Part shown: positions 1-12,520 of the stretch, in pieces
Layout of the letters: each line of letters starts with the position of its first letter
Position numbering within the stretch: the first letter of the stretch is position 1
Source: Bilabrum cf. latius
Lineage: Eukaryota
DNA length: 64,000 bases
Reading direction: 5' to 3'
Assembly: GCA_965178125.1 (NCBI GenBank)
Contig: OZ237745.1
Span: 372,001 to 436,000 of the forward strand
Notes under the pieces: model-generated
What the model was told of the DNA's origin: nothing
Seen by the model: only the letters and a program-made list of their open reading frames with translations
Database searches by the model: none
Program-made: the position numbers and the translations under genes

Positions 1-219
1 CTGCATTGTAGATCGTTTTGGTGATTGCAGGCACATCGTGCCGAAGCGAAAATATTGCGGTGTCATTCAATTCATGTGTGTGGCGGCAAGAGTAATATAA
101 CCACATGGCATGCGTCTGGTCGTTTGTGTCAGGATCAAATACCCTGGACATGCTATTGATCCCAAGCAGCCTAGCTGCAACTACGCAGCAGCCTGAGGGA
201 CCGGGCGACATACTGGTAC

Positions 220-355
220 TGGGCAGCCCATTCAATGGTCTTGCAAGCAGCGTGCATGCAACTAGACACTCCATTAAAATGGAAGCTACGTGCATTTCTT
301 TCAATTGAAGCCCAGTAGAAATCTTATTAGCGAAGAAGCCAAAACAGGCAGCTGC
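220..355. repeat. Dispersed ~130-bp repeat, copy 1 (copy 2 at 47357-47482)
   Basis: Shared TGGGCAGCCCATTCAATGGTCTTGCAAG...GAAGCCAA..CAGGCAGCTGC, with scattered substitutions. Confidence 0.8.
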
Positions 356-434
356 TAGGCATCAACTCGTTCTCCTGGTTCTCTACTTTCCGACTATAAG
401 TGTGTGCTACTTCGGATGCAATTTTGATCTGGAT

Positions 435-3391
435 CAGACCTTACAAAACAGAAAATCAGATTTAGTTAATTTTCGCCGAAGCCATTAAGTAAATCGAGGC
501 TCCGAAAAACCATTAAGGAGGATATTACGAGTATAAATTTATGCAACGTTAGTTTGTAATTAAGTAGATAAACTCATTGGTGCCCTTTGTTTTTTAATTG
601 GATGATTTTTTTTGTGCGTATTGGTCAGTTGCACTTCGCGCAGGCTACGTGGCAGGCATGAAACGGTCCCGGCGGGCACCTAAAACCACTTCCAGAAGAG
701 TTAAATCGCGCACTAGTGTCTCCAATGGTTCATAGAAGGCTGCGGGGCCTAGTTATAGGGACCTCATATCTCACTATGAGAAGTAAGCAGAGAAGTGCAT
801 CCCGCTAACCGCAGCAGCCCTCAAAGCCGAACTTGAAGCGATGATGGACGATGACCGCAAATTAGCGAAGGAGAAATGGTTGAATGTCAAGTATGACTCT
901 GACGGAAAGCCTGTTTTGCCTTGCAAGGAGGTCGTGGGTGGTCATGGTGATGAAAAATCCTAGACAGCGCTGCTGCTGCGACAGCAAGCTCTCGCCGCCG
1001 TGCATGCCAGGTATCACGTGGTCGAAAAATCTGAGGCGATGCTGGCTGGAAATGTCTGGGCCAATCCTAAGCGAAGGCCGCCTATTCGCAGTAGATATGA
1101 TGACATGTTCAGCATTCTGGAGCGTAGCTCTGGTGCTGTGTTCATTGTGCCGAACGCTCTGGCAGAGAAACATGGTATGAAACCAGTTAATGATGGGCTG
1201 GTCTACGCAGAGGGCAGGATATTTGCTTTCGATTCTGTGTTCAAAAAGAACCAGAAAATGCCGGAAGGGAAGTAGCTAGAGCTGCACGTGCCGCCGCGCG
1301 GCATAGCGCGTCACTTCCGCGGAGGAGGGTAGACGACCGTGCTATCTAGCATGTCCAAGCAGAGCCAGGGTATTGCAGCTGATGTGCTCTATCGAATAAT
1401 CCTTGAGGTCGGGATGAAGTCAAACTCGGACGCGGGCGCGTCTAGGCTCCTGCAGATCAGAGCGTGGCCGGACATCATCCGAAAAGCTCAGGCTGCAGGA
1501 GCAGTGTCGCAGTCTACAATGAGGAATCGGCGAGTAGAAGCTGTCTCTGATGACAAAGATGGCATGCTTACCATTCTGCGAGAAAGCTTGCAAGGCGAGT
1601 ATCTTCAGATGGAGTTCGACGGGGGCAACATCAAGGGTGGGTAGTCATCCACCACCAAAGTGTTCGGAGTGTCGATCCGCAGCCTTTCAACTGGTAGGGA
1701 CTTCCTGGTAAGTCTGCAGTTAGTTGAGGGTTCTAGAGGTGCTGATGCTAAAGTGCTCCTTGAAAAGGCCTTAGAGCACGTTGGAGTATCGAAGGATCAA
1801 GTGGTGAGCATCGCGGCAGACGGCGCTGATGACAACCGGACTGCAACAGAGGCATTTGGCCTCTCAGTTGACGATATCGTGGTCTGCGCAAATCATGGCA
1901 TTGCCAGGTTTGCGTCAAATCTGCGGTCGAAGGTTCCATTTCTCAAGGAGTTCTATGCTAGACTGCAGAACATCTTCCGCGTTTCCGGGATGAAGGATCG
2001 GATGGCTGAGCTGACTCGCGCGAAGCTCCGGAAGCCAATGCTCTTCTTTCCAGATACTCGGTGGGGCCTGTTAGCACGACTCATCGACTATCTAAAATAG
2101 AATAAGTACGCTGCTTTGATCAAGCTGCGGCGGGTGTGCATGGTCATTCAAGCCAAGCGGAAGGACAAGACGAGTGGAAAGCTCCCAGGCTTCTTGGTGA
2201 TGCTTGGTGTCAAGAACCCGACTGCTTTGACAGAGGACAGTGAATTGCTGAAGGCTTCCGACGATGACGTCAGAGCTGGCATGCGGCAGGCAATTGCCTA
2301 GTTCGACTACCTCCACTCCAAGCTTCAGTACACCAACGAGGTGTCCCGGCTTGTGGAAGGGGACGACTACTTGCTGTCCTCCGTCCATAAAGTTACAAAG
2401 CTCTTGGAGAGGGTGGGAAAATCAGCCGAAGCAAGTGCTGCAGAACTGGAGAGCGCTAAATAGGACCTAACGAAGGACGGTGTGTCGCGGGAGAAGGCTG
2501 ACGAGCTGGTGCGAGGGGTCAAGGAAGCTTGCGATCAGACCCACAAGTCGTGGAGCAGAACCACTGAGAGAAAGGCACGATACTTCCAGGCCATGAAAAC
2601 AATTTACGGTTGCTTGTAGCATGGCAGCCCGGTGCAGCCAGTTCACTCTGAGGCTGATAGGAACGAGCGTGATGCAGCTCTGGTTGCACTTCGTGAGATT
2701 GCGAAGTGGCGGAAGCTCAACGCAGACATGCTTGAAACTGCTGTGGAAACCGCGCGCATCCTGCATGAGAACAAGATAGTGCTATTTGATCGTTCCTGTG
2801 AGGTCGGTAAAGCGTGGAGGAAATATGTGCAGGATGTGAAGGACAAGCTTACAGGGTCCGACCAGGAGCAGTTGCTTCACTACGCCGAGGCCATGCGCGA
2901 TGTTGCCAACCTACGCCTCAACAGCTCGAACATGGAAAGAAAGTTTTCCATGCTCGCTGCTGTGTGCAGCAATCAGCGGCAGGGAAGCCGACGCATCAGT
3001 ACAGTCCAGGATGTCATGCTACTTCGGGCAAACCCGACGACATTCATCGAAGACTGGGCATCGAGATGGATGTCGCGCAGCGGACTTCGTGCAAAAGCAC
3101 CGGAGATGCGAGAAGACCTGCGTAAGGTTCTAGATGGTGGAGGTATACGTGAGCAGGACGAATGGTGCCAACTTGGCCTTGGCGACGTCGAGATCGACAC
3201 AGATGGTGCGGCCACTGGAGCTCAGGAGTCCGCGGATTTGCCTGTTGCGGGTGCTACGTGATCAAAATATCCATAGATATTCATATTAAGACCATAATTT
3301 GTACATATATATGTGTTTCGGCCCTTAATTTACTTAATTTACTTAATGTCAATTTACATAATTTCTGAGGGCCCCAATCTTGTGAGGTCTG
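435..3391 (+). mobile_element. hAT-superfamily DNA transposon, apparently complete
   Basis: TIRs CAGACCTTACAA (435-446) and TTGTGAGGTCTG (3380-3391), 11/12 match. Perfect 8-bp TSD ATCTGGAT at 427-434 and 3392-3399. Encodes a transposase. Confidence 0.9.
841..3261 (+). CDS. hAT-like DDE transposase (~806 aa, TAG=Gln; true start may lie upstream)
   Basis: One frame broken only by TAG, ending TGA. Motifs EFDGG, IAADGADDN, CANH (CxxH), DTRWG and SSNMERKFS. Confidence 0.85.
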
Positions 3392-5677
3392 ATCTGGATT
3401 CCTCGGTCTGTTCACGATAACATGATACGTTTTCGTTTTACCGGTTCTAACCTTCATGTAGGACACCTCAGTCAAGTGGCTCGGACCATACGTCAATTAC
3501 TGACTATACTTCCACCCTCGCGAGGGGGATCCAACCTCGCGTTGATCGATGATGAGGACAAGATGATTGCGAAGGGCTTGGGGGCATACATGGATGTTGT
3601 GCCTTACATCCGGAAAATTGCCCAGGCAGACAAACAAACAGCCCTGGTCGATGCAACGATAGCAAGCTTCGACCCGATGACTGAAGAGAGAACGATGCAG
3701 CTAGCACCACTTACACTTGTGGACAATCCACACGACGAGGCAACAGCAGCATTCCGGCAGGTCATTGAGCATATCGCAACTCCATTCTAGAGAGGAAAGG
3801 AGCACGAGAAGCAGAAAAAAGCCTACGACGTGATTCCAGTAGACCTTCTGGCTGTACCTAGATGGTTCGCTGCGTTGTGGGACGAGGACACGGAGGATAC
3901 GAGACTGCAGAAGAAGAGGACTCGACAGCTATCAAAGCTGAAGTTCCCGAGCGCGAAGGACCCGCAGGCGATCGATGTGTATGCCTAGCGCATACGGAAG
4001 ATGCGCTAGCTTGCGGCGGGGATTCGGGAGTACAAGACTCTGGACGCGTTCGCGGCGTGGAGGATCAAGGGGGAGAAAGCGGCAGCACCAGGAGGACACA
4101 ACCAACGAGAACTGTGCAGAATGTACGATCTTGCAACTATTGCTCGCGTACTATTCCAACCCGGTTTCAAAGGTGGTTTAGTTCCTGAGGCTGGTCTGGC
4201 CGACCCCACACTGCGAAGATAGGTACGTGAGGCTCGATAGAGTCTCAATGGCCTGCTCGCAGCTGGATCGAACCGCCTCATGATTGCTGCCCCTACCAAA
4301 GGGCGTCACATGGAACCGCACATATTCCGTCAAGCGATGTGTGATCGACTGCAGATACCGTCTCCCACACAGGTATAGACCTGGGACGATTTGTGTCCTT
4401 ACTGCAATGACGGCAGGACGAGGTTCTCGGAGAGTAGAACTCATCATCTTACTTGCTCGAAAGCAAGGAAGTTCCAAGGCAGCGTAGCCTACGCCAGGCA
4501 TAACGCTCTGGAACGTGGACTCCTGGCCATCATAAAGAGGAGCGGAGCGAGCAACATCCGCACTCAGAAGATGGGGGAGATGATTGGCATCAGGAGGGTG
4601 CCAGATGTGTCCGTGAAGAATGTAACGGCGGAACAACTTGCTGAACATCGTACCAAGCAGGGAGCCAACATTCCGTACGGATACGAGAGGCTGGAGACGA
4701 CGGACTGCAAGGCAGACATCTCATTCGCTCTTGAGGGCAAACAGTACGCGATCGATGTCACCGTCTCTGACCCCCTCAGTCAGTGTTACGTGCAGACTGG
4801 CCATCACCCGACACGTGGATCCGAAGAACTGCCAGGGGCAGTGCTACGGGCTGCAGAAGCCGCAAAGTACAAGAGCTATTCTCTGGAGGTGCCGAAGGGG
4901 CTTCTGGAGGGCGGTGAGCTGCCTGTGGGTGTGAAGGTCATGCCGAAGTGCGTGCCAAAGAGTGGGATCACATTGATCCCTCTCGCGGCCCTAGCCAACG
5001 GCACACTGAGTGCATCGCTCATCGGATTCTTGCAACTGCTGGCCAAGCAGATCAAGAAGAAGCTGGGCGATTCCAGAGATGACAGAAGAAAGATGCGGAA
5101 TATGGTCGCCACGTGGGTTTCAGACCTTTCTCTGGCTATCTCCAGAGAGAATGCTGTAGCACGGCATAGTATGTTTGTTGAATTAGAACATGACATCAAG
5201 GCCTGCCATCTGGAATTCGCAGACAGCGACGACTCGGAAGACGACTGGAGTCATGTGCAGGACTTCAAAAGACGCAGGGTCAGCGCGTCGGCTGCGGGGC
5301 TGCGGTACCCGCGCAATGGTAAGGGGGTAGATTCCGAGGATGTGGATGGGGTCTCGCTCGATGCTTCCGAGGGAGAGAGCGACAGCCAGACAGAAGCTTC
5401 AGATCTGTCGGACGACGATACGAGCCAGCAGAGCGAGGATGGTGCCGAAGCTGGTGAGTGGAAGCGACCGAAGGCAAGTAAGCGAAGACGGTTCTCGGAA
5501 GAACTGTCCAGTCTGTCTGAGCTAAAGGATGATGATCGAGATGAGGATGGTGTGATGCCGTCAATTTCACTTAGTCCCGCGAACTTCAGGAATGTCGTGA
5601 ACGCGGAGCATGCAGTGGTTAAGGTTTCTCAGTAGAGTGCTGACACCAGGCCTGCGAAACGTGCGCGAAATGACTGA
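3392..5677 (+). mobile_element. 5'-truncated CRE/R2-type non-LTR retrotransposon ORF (RT thumb, CCHC knuckle, restriction-like endonuclease)
   Basis: Continuous frame with TAG only, to TGA at 5675-5677. Motifs LPPSRGG (thumb), FRQAMCDRLQIP, CPYC..H..C, ARHN, KADI..IDVTV and AEAAKYKSY. RT core absent; interrupted by the hAT element. Confidence 0.75.
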
Positions 5678-6163
5678 TTAGGGCGGGGGGTTTGCAAGAG
5701 GTCCTTTGTAGCGTGTTGAACTTTCAAGAAGAAGATTAAAACCTTCATGTTACCCTGATGCCTGCGCAGCTGCGGGTCCGATGCCTGCAATGAGCGGACC
5801 GGGTTCTCTCTCGTGCAGTTTGTTCGTTCTTTTTGGTCTGACACTGATGGGATCCTTCAGTGCATGAGTTGCCTAGAGGATCAACGGCTCCACAGCTGCT
5901 GCTGTTGGTGGGTGCGAGGGCTTGTCCAGCAGCAGCGTGCCTGTGTTAGGCGGGGAGGAGGCTCATGCAGCTCTGCGTGGATGCTCTGCTCCAGTTGGAC
6001 GCGCAGGGCGTGGAGGAGACGGCCCCGGGAAACTGTCCTGTGCAGCTCCCATTGTTCGGTTATCATGATGCTTGACCCTAAATCAGATTTTAGAATTCAG
6101 ATCGGATTTAGCCACTTTGGAGGACAAGACAAGAAGAAACATCTTCTATTCACGCAGCTCAAA

Positions 6164-9100
6164 ATGAGCCACATGTATCACTCTCTTTTGTTACACTCGT
6201 TTGGCCTCATGCCTTCTCCTGAGCACGACGATGCAGTCGAGTATATGGCCTCCGCTCTGGAGAGCTACCTTGAGGACCTCGGGACGGACGACCCAGAATA
6301 GGAGTTTGTGCACGATCTGGTACAGCCATTCTTGCACGACATGGGTGTATCGGATGAAGCGATATCTCATGGTCTGGCGGGCCTACTGCGCGGGATGTCT
6401 CGCATGGCGAAAGCAGCTGAATCCAAGGCTGGGCCCGCCTCATTTCCATTCGGTGCAGACAGGTCCGACAAAGTGGGTATTGATAAATCGGCAAGTTACA
6501 GTCTGGGACACACAGGCAAGGAGACTCTTGGTCGCGCGATCTCGCACGGATCTTCGGCGGGCGACGACCACGCAGTAGAGACCGGCACGATGGCTGGGCT
6601 GATGAACATCCTGGAGGATCCGCAACGAGAGTCGCGAGGAAAAGGTGTGGCTAGACGCCGTAGTCGCAATGGAAAAGGTAGGCGGCGCCGCCGTGGTCAA
6701 AATGCCCAGCTCGCGCAGTCATCGTGCGGGGCCGGCCTGCACGGGAGCGCAGGCGTAGGCGCAGGGACAGAGTCGGGTACTGGAACCGGGGAAAGGACAG
6801 GGAGTGCCAAAATGCAAATGTTGGCCGAGTCTTAGGGATCGTTTTCTGCACTCCCGCCTCAGTGGGAACGGTCCTCGCAAGCGGTGCATAAGCTTCGGGA
6901 GGCCTCGGAACCGGTTGCAACCTTCATTGGTTCCGCAGCGATGTGCGGCGCCACAGGGCACAGAGGACTGCAGGTGCGGAGGAGCGCGACGGCTGCTGCG
7001 GCGAAGAAAGGGAGAGGGTCAGAAATAGAGGGCAAGGCAGCCGGATCCATGGTGCGGCAGGACTCCGCTCTTGACTAGGCAGCTCCAATCGGAAAAGCAA
7101 TGGCATACATGTTGCAGGATGAGCAGGTGCTATCGGGCCTGCAGAAGGAACTCGCGGAGGCGCAGCGAAGGTTCCCTGGGTGCAGGCTGTCGCTGACCGA
7201 CGAGCCCCGCAAGGGGTTGGTGCTGTCCGTCAGGGCACTCGTCAGGACAGACAAGAGCGGGTTTGTGGCCCATATTCCGATGCAGTCCTTTGGAGAACCC
7301 GAGAGGAGGCCGAAGGTGAGGCTGGAAGTGGTGGACAGTGCGGCAGCGAGGCGCGCTGCAGCCGCTCTGGTGGGCGGCGGGTCCGTCGGCACGGCCATTC
7401 CAGCTGCCAACAGCGATCAGGGCTGGATCTCCCCTGCGATGCTGGGCTCGCTGAGTCGATCCCTGGAGCAAGTCGCCGTGATGAAGGTCCAAGAAGAGGC
7501 CCAGAGGTGCGCAATTGAGGACCACATGAAAGGTCTGGTGCCTGGATGGATGGGCAGGCTTGTAGAGGAGGTGCTCAAACATTGTCTGCATGCAGCTGCG
7601 AGAGCAGTAACTAAGGCCAGAGCCAAGCAAGCCGGTATGTCTATGGACGCGTACAAGCGCCAGCATGACGAATCCACCGCGCCCTCAAGCCATGGTGCTC
7701 TGACAACAGACCTGGCTGCACCAACCTTGCGGAGGGAATGGTCGCTACTGGAGGACACTGCGGGCAAAGGCATCCAAAAGAGGAGGAAGCAGGTAGCCAA
7801 GGAACTTGCGCAGAGCCTTGTATCATCCGATAGCGTCGCCCAATTTTCCGTCGGAGAAGCTCGCGTAAACCGAAGCACGGAGATGCTGCAGAAGGGTGTG
7901 GCCGGAGTGGGTATCAACAAAGAGATGGTCAAGACGTCAGTGCTGGGGTCGAACTTCCCTGACATGTATCGAGATGCTGCCACCTTTGTGCTGCTGGGGA
8001 GGCTGTATGTGTATGGTGAGCCCAATCGGAGGCACCTCTTAAGCATCGCGCCCGGGTCAGGCACACACCAGTGGGTCCACATTGAGCGCATGTCGACGCT
8101 CGATTGTTACCCACAGCTACGCCATCACTTTGCCCACCCCATGAGCAACGGCGAGGTGCTGATACACGCCGACCGGCGCTCACACAGCCCTGGGTTTTTC
8201 AAGCTGAAGGTGACGGCAGACCGTGTCGAAACACCGCAGGGGGGCACTACGCGGCGCGACAGGTGCACCATTACAAAGCTGCATGTGACGAGAGACTATT
8301 CAACGAAACATATCGAGGAGCGATATGGGTCTGTGTCGGTTCGGCTGCCGGGCGGGCGCCGCATTGTTGTTCTCGGTGGGCTCTAGCTGCCTCAAACTAT
8401 CCTCCCGCAGCTAAAATTGGCTCATGGCCAGGCCAAGGCACTGCCTGTCTATGCCGCGGAATACGCTGTCACGTAGCATCACTTGGTGGCTTTACTGGAC
8501 TTGTATCCCACTGGCAGCCAATCCAGGCGAGTTTACACGAGCGGGGCCATCCCGGAACGGCTGGTGGAGCACCGGGCCGTTGCATGCGGGCACAACGTGG
8601 TGGTGGTAGGAGGTGAGCCCTTGGCTCTGAGACAGGGGCTGACCGATGCTCGCGTGCTAGACTGCAGGCGTATGGTGTGGTATAACGTCGTGCTGCCGGC
8701 CGCGGCTCTGAAAGTCAGACCCAGGATCGATCCCATGCTCGCGAGGCTACCAGGAGCCACTGGGGTGCTGCTGTTTGGAGGCAGCATGGCAGACGGGACG
8801 CCCCTCGGCAGCCTGTACTCTCTCATGGTGGACATGACCACTGCAACGATGGACCCATCGGAGGTGCGCGCTGACGCAGAGAGCGAGATGGCGTAGCTAC
8901 GGGTGCAGCTGGACAAAAACCGCGCATTGCTCCGAAGGCTAGAGAGCATCGGCCGCGAGCTTATCACCGCCGATGATCTTACCAAAGTTGCTCACGCTCG
9001 CGTAGACATCGAGCGACTGAATCGGTTGCTGCGGCGGTCAATTGATGATGCGGTCAAGATTGAGCTGGCGAAACACGAAGTGCAGGGTCGCTGGGAACTG

Positions 9101-11263
9101 CTTCATACCAAGGGGAAGAACCCAACGCTTGTTGCAAAGAAGAAGGCATTGCCAGGTGCTACCGAGGTGCCGTCGTATTTTGACATCAGCCCGGTGGCAG
9201 CACAGGGCTCGATCGAGCGGCTTGGTAGCTCGCTCATCGTGTTCGGTGGCGTGTGGGCCGATGCAGAGCGCCGAAGCACCAAGCCAAACAAGAAGGCGTT
9301 CCTGATAGACTGCAATCAGCAGACCGTGAGGATCGCCGCGTCGCAGCTGAACTTGAACATCGCGAGGCTATGGGAAGAGCAGCTGCTTGTGGACGTACTG
9401 ATCCGGTGCCGCGGAGGGCAGACCATCCCGGCACACCGGTCGATTCTCACGCTGTTCTTGCCCTACTTCAGGCGTGTGTTCCGCGAGTTCCACGAGCTCG
9501 CGCTGGAGGGTGACAGCGACGATGACAGCGACAGCGACGATGACAGCGACAGTGACGCGTCAGATGACGGAGAGGAAGACGAGGAAGATGTGGACGAAGA
9601 GGAGGTGGAAGAGGAAGAGGTGGACGAAGAGGAGCAGTTCAGGAAGGCGCTGCTTGCGGACCTTGCAGAGCACGCGGGAGAGGACGCTGGGTACACTGTG
9701 GCCACGGTGACAACCAACTTATAGGATGGTACTGATGCAGACGATGACCACCCGGAAGGTGCACTGCACGGTGGAGACGATGGATTCATGACGGAACTAG
9801 ATGTCGAAGCTGCGGTCAAGGCGGCCCTGCGGCGGGCCTCGAGCATGGGTGCATGCAGCGCGGGAGGAGGGGGTCCCGTTGCCGCCCCCACCAAGGGCGC
9901 GTCGCTGCTGATGCCTCCTCTGGACCCCCCGGATGGCGTGATGGAGATCGAAGAGGACATGGATGGCGAGCTGCTGAAGCTCATCTTGGAGTACATATAC
10001 ACTGGCGGGATCGAGGTGCCTGCGGAGCGGGTGCAGGACGTGCTCGAGCTGGCCACGCTGCTGGGGCTGCATGTGACAAAAGAGGAGGCCGAGAGAGAAG
10101 AGGCCCGCAAGGTCGCTGAGAAGGAAACCGTCAAGGAGCTGAAAGCGGACCGGATGCGTGCGGGCGGTGGTGGCTCGAAGGACCTGAGGAAGAAGAGCAA
10201 GAAGTCTTCCAAGACGGCAAAGAGGAGGGGCCCGCCACCTCTCGAGTCCAGAGAAGTGCTGGATGGCGGAGTTGAGGCGCTCCGGCTGGGTAAGCTGGTG
10301 GAGCTGTGCTAGATGTCTCGCGGCGGTGGGGTGTCTGTCAACCGGTCGCCCACGATCGGACACGCATCGCCGGCGATGAGGGCGCACCTCCGGACGGGCA
10401 TTCTTCGAAACGAGGCCGTGGTAGAGCAGGAGAAGGCGGCCATCGCTGAAAAGGCTAGCGCAAATGCGGGTGGTACGATGTCGGCAGCAGCAGCTGCAGG
10501 CAGCGGAGTCAGTGATGAGGACGAAGACGGTGCGGGTGGCGGTATGGACGACGCTACTACCGGTTTTGACGATATAGTAAGTCCGTTTGTGCCTGTGTCG
10601 CTGGCGCACGTGGCCGGCTGCGACGTCATGGTGGTCGCGGGCGACGAGTCCGTGGCCATCCCTGCCCACCGCGCCATCCTGGCGGCCAGGTCACCCTACT
10701 TCCGGTCATTGTTCAACGCGGGCATGGCGGAGAGCAGAGCCGCCCGCGTGCCTGTGGGCATTGAAGACGCAGGGAGGGAGGTGACGGAGGCGTTTGTGCG
10801 GTTCCTATACGATGACTCGCTGGCTCGGCTGGAGCCAGACGACGCCCCTGCGCTGCTGACGCTGGCCAACCTGCACATGCTGCCGAGGTTGGCCAGCATG
10901 TGCGAGAGGCTGATGCTGAAGTCGTTTGACATGAGCGATCCCGAGAGCGTGCTGGGTATCTACTGCTTTGCTGCGTACCAGGGCCAGGCGGGGAGGAGGC
11001 TCATGCAGCTGTGCGCGGATGCTCTGCTGCAGTTGGACGCGCAGGACGTGGAGGAGGCGGCCGGTCACCTGGCTGGAGAGGTGGACCGGAGCGTGCTGGT
11101 GCAGCTGCAGCGGACGCTTCGGCAGGGCAAGGGTCGGAACTTTGGCGCGGTTGACTTGCCGGGTGGTCGCGGCGGCAAAGCTGGCGAGGGAGCAGGTGAC
11201 GATGCAGGCAGCGGGGAGATGGAGGCTTCCGATGGTCCGGCAAGCGGAGCTGGGCTTGGGTGA
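6164..11263 (+). CDS. Large Kelch-repeat + two BTB/POZ domain protein (LZTR1-like architecture, ~1699 aa)
   Basis: Nine track ORFs in one frame joined by 8 TAGs, ending TGA. Kelch-like VVVGG/LLFGG/IVFGG. BTB motifs IPAHRSIL..YF and IPAHRAILAARSPYFRSLF..GMAES. Confidence 0.8.
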
Positions 11264-12520
11264 GTTGTTTCATCTTGCCAAACAAGGTGCACTTCTGCTA
11301 GTCATGTTTTGAACATGTGTGTGGTATTTTATATGTCCGATCCTTGTAATCGGTTGGTTCCAAATCAAGTGTTCTCAACACTTCCTCATCCGCAAATGGT
11401 CGGGTGATCCGATCCCTTGATCTGGGTCACTCGTCAACCACACACCCTCACCTCCACTTGCCCGGCCTGTGCCTCCCCCTTCCAATCCGCCGTATCAACC
11501 AGGTGACCCCACCAATCATATCCTCCTCCACGAATCCTCCACCCGCTTGGTAAACCGTCACCCCTCCCTACTCTGCCCTGACCCCCCCCTCACCCCCTCT
11601 CGCCCACCCCTAGCCGCCGCTCCTGCTCGTCCTTTACTGGACTGGCCTCCTCGACCACGCTCTCTCCTCCACTTCGCTGCATCGCACCTTACTTTGCACC
11701 TCGAGCGGGTACCGCGCCCAAAGCGCGACCTCAATCTCAGAGACCTCATTGGCCTCACCAACCAAAATACCAACCGTTTCCCTCCGCCCGTCATTGCTTC
11801 GTAGATCCCTTCTATCATATGGACCCAATGACCGCATGCCGAAGGATCGAGGGCGCTTCGGCCGATTTGAGCCATGTCGTGGTAGCTCGACGCAGGTCGT
11901 GCTGGGGGTCTCGTGGAAGCCATATCCGAGTTCTCCGGGTCGATGAGGGCCCGGCCAGCGAGCCCGGGGAACCACCCATTGGCATTGGCGTTGGAGCCTG
12001 TGGCGTGAACCACACGCACACGGTGCAGCGTCTGGGGGTGCACCCGCGGTTGGCCGCTTTGAAGGCGTCGAGGACGCGCGCATGCCTAGTTAAGCACCCA
12101 CCCGCCCTCGGGGTGGAAAATACAGAAATACATTGTTGGGTAAAGATTCCGTAAGCACCCAGATGCACCGTCGCCCCCGAAGGGGTTTGGGTGATCACCT
12201 AGATCCAGAGGAGCCCTAAAACAAGGACTACAAGACCCCCGACCCCTTCAGGCCAAAGGCCCCCCGTTCTCAGCCTATGCCGCCGAGTTCCCATTCTTCG
12301 CCATCAGTGTGGTCCCCCACAGGCCCCCAGCCTGTTGCCTTCACAAGTAGAAAGCATACAGGTGCGGAGCGTGTGCCCGGCACAAGGCGCGGTCCAGTCC
12401 CACATCGGGGTCCCCGGTCGAGACCCACCATTTCCTCCTCCATGACCGTCTCTGCGTCTCACGATCCTGGGTGGTCGTTGTCGTTGGGTAGTGTGTGCTT
12501 TGACTCAATCTAATCCGGTA

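Noticed and set aside
658-840. Upstream exon of the hAT transposase with an intron at 783-814
   Set aside because: Candidate intron lengths (32 or 35 nt) do not preserve the frame; unresolved without RNA data.
7130-10669. Long antisense or alternate-frame ORFs over GC-rich genes (also 47766-48656, 53549-54415, 56103-57008)
   Set aside because: Shadow ORFs expected from high GC and codon bias opposite real genes.
11400-12500. Possible gene or element remnant between the BTB gene and the TIR element
   Set aside because: No recognisable motif, boundary or consistent frame.
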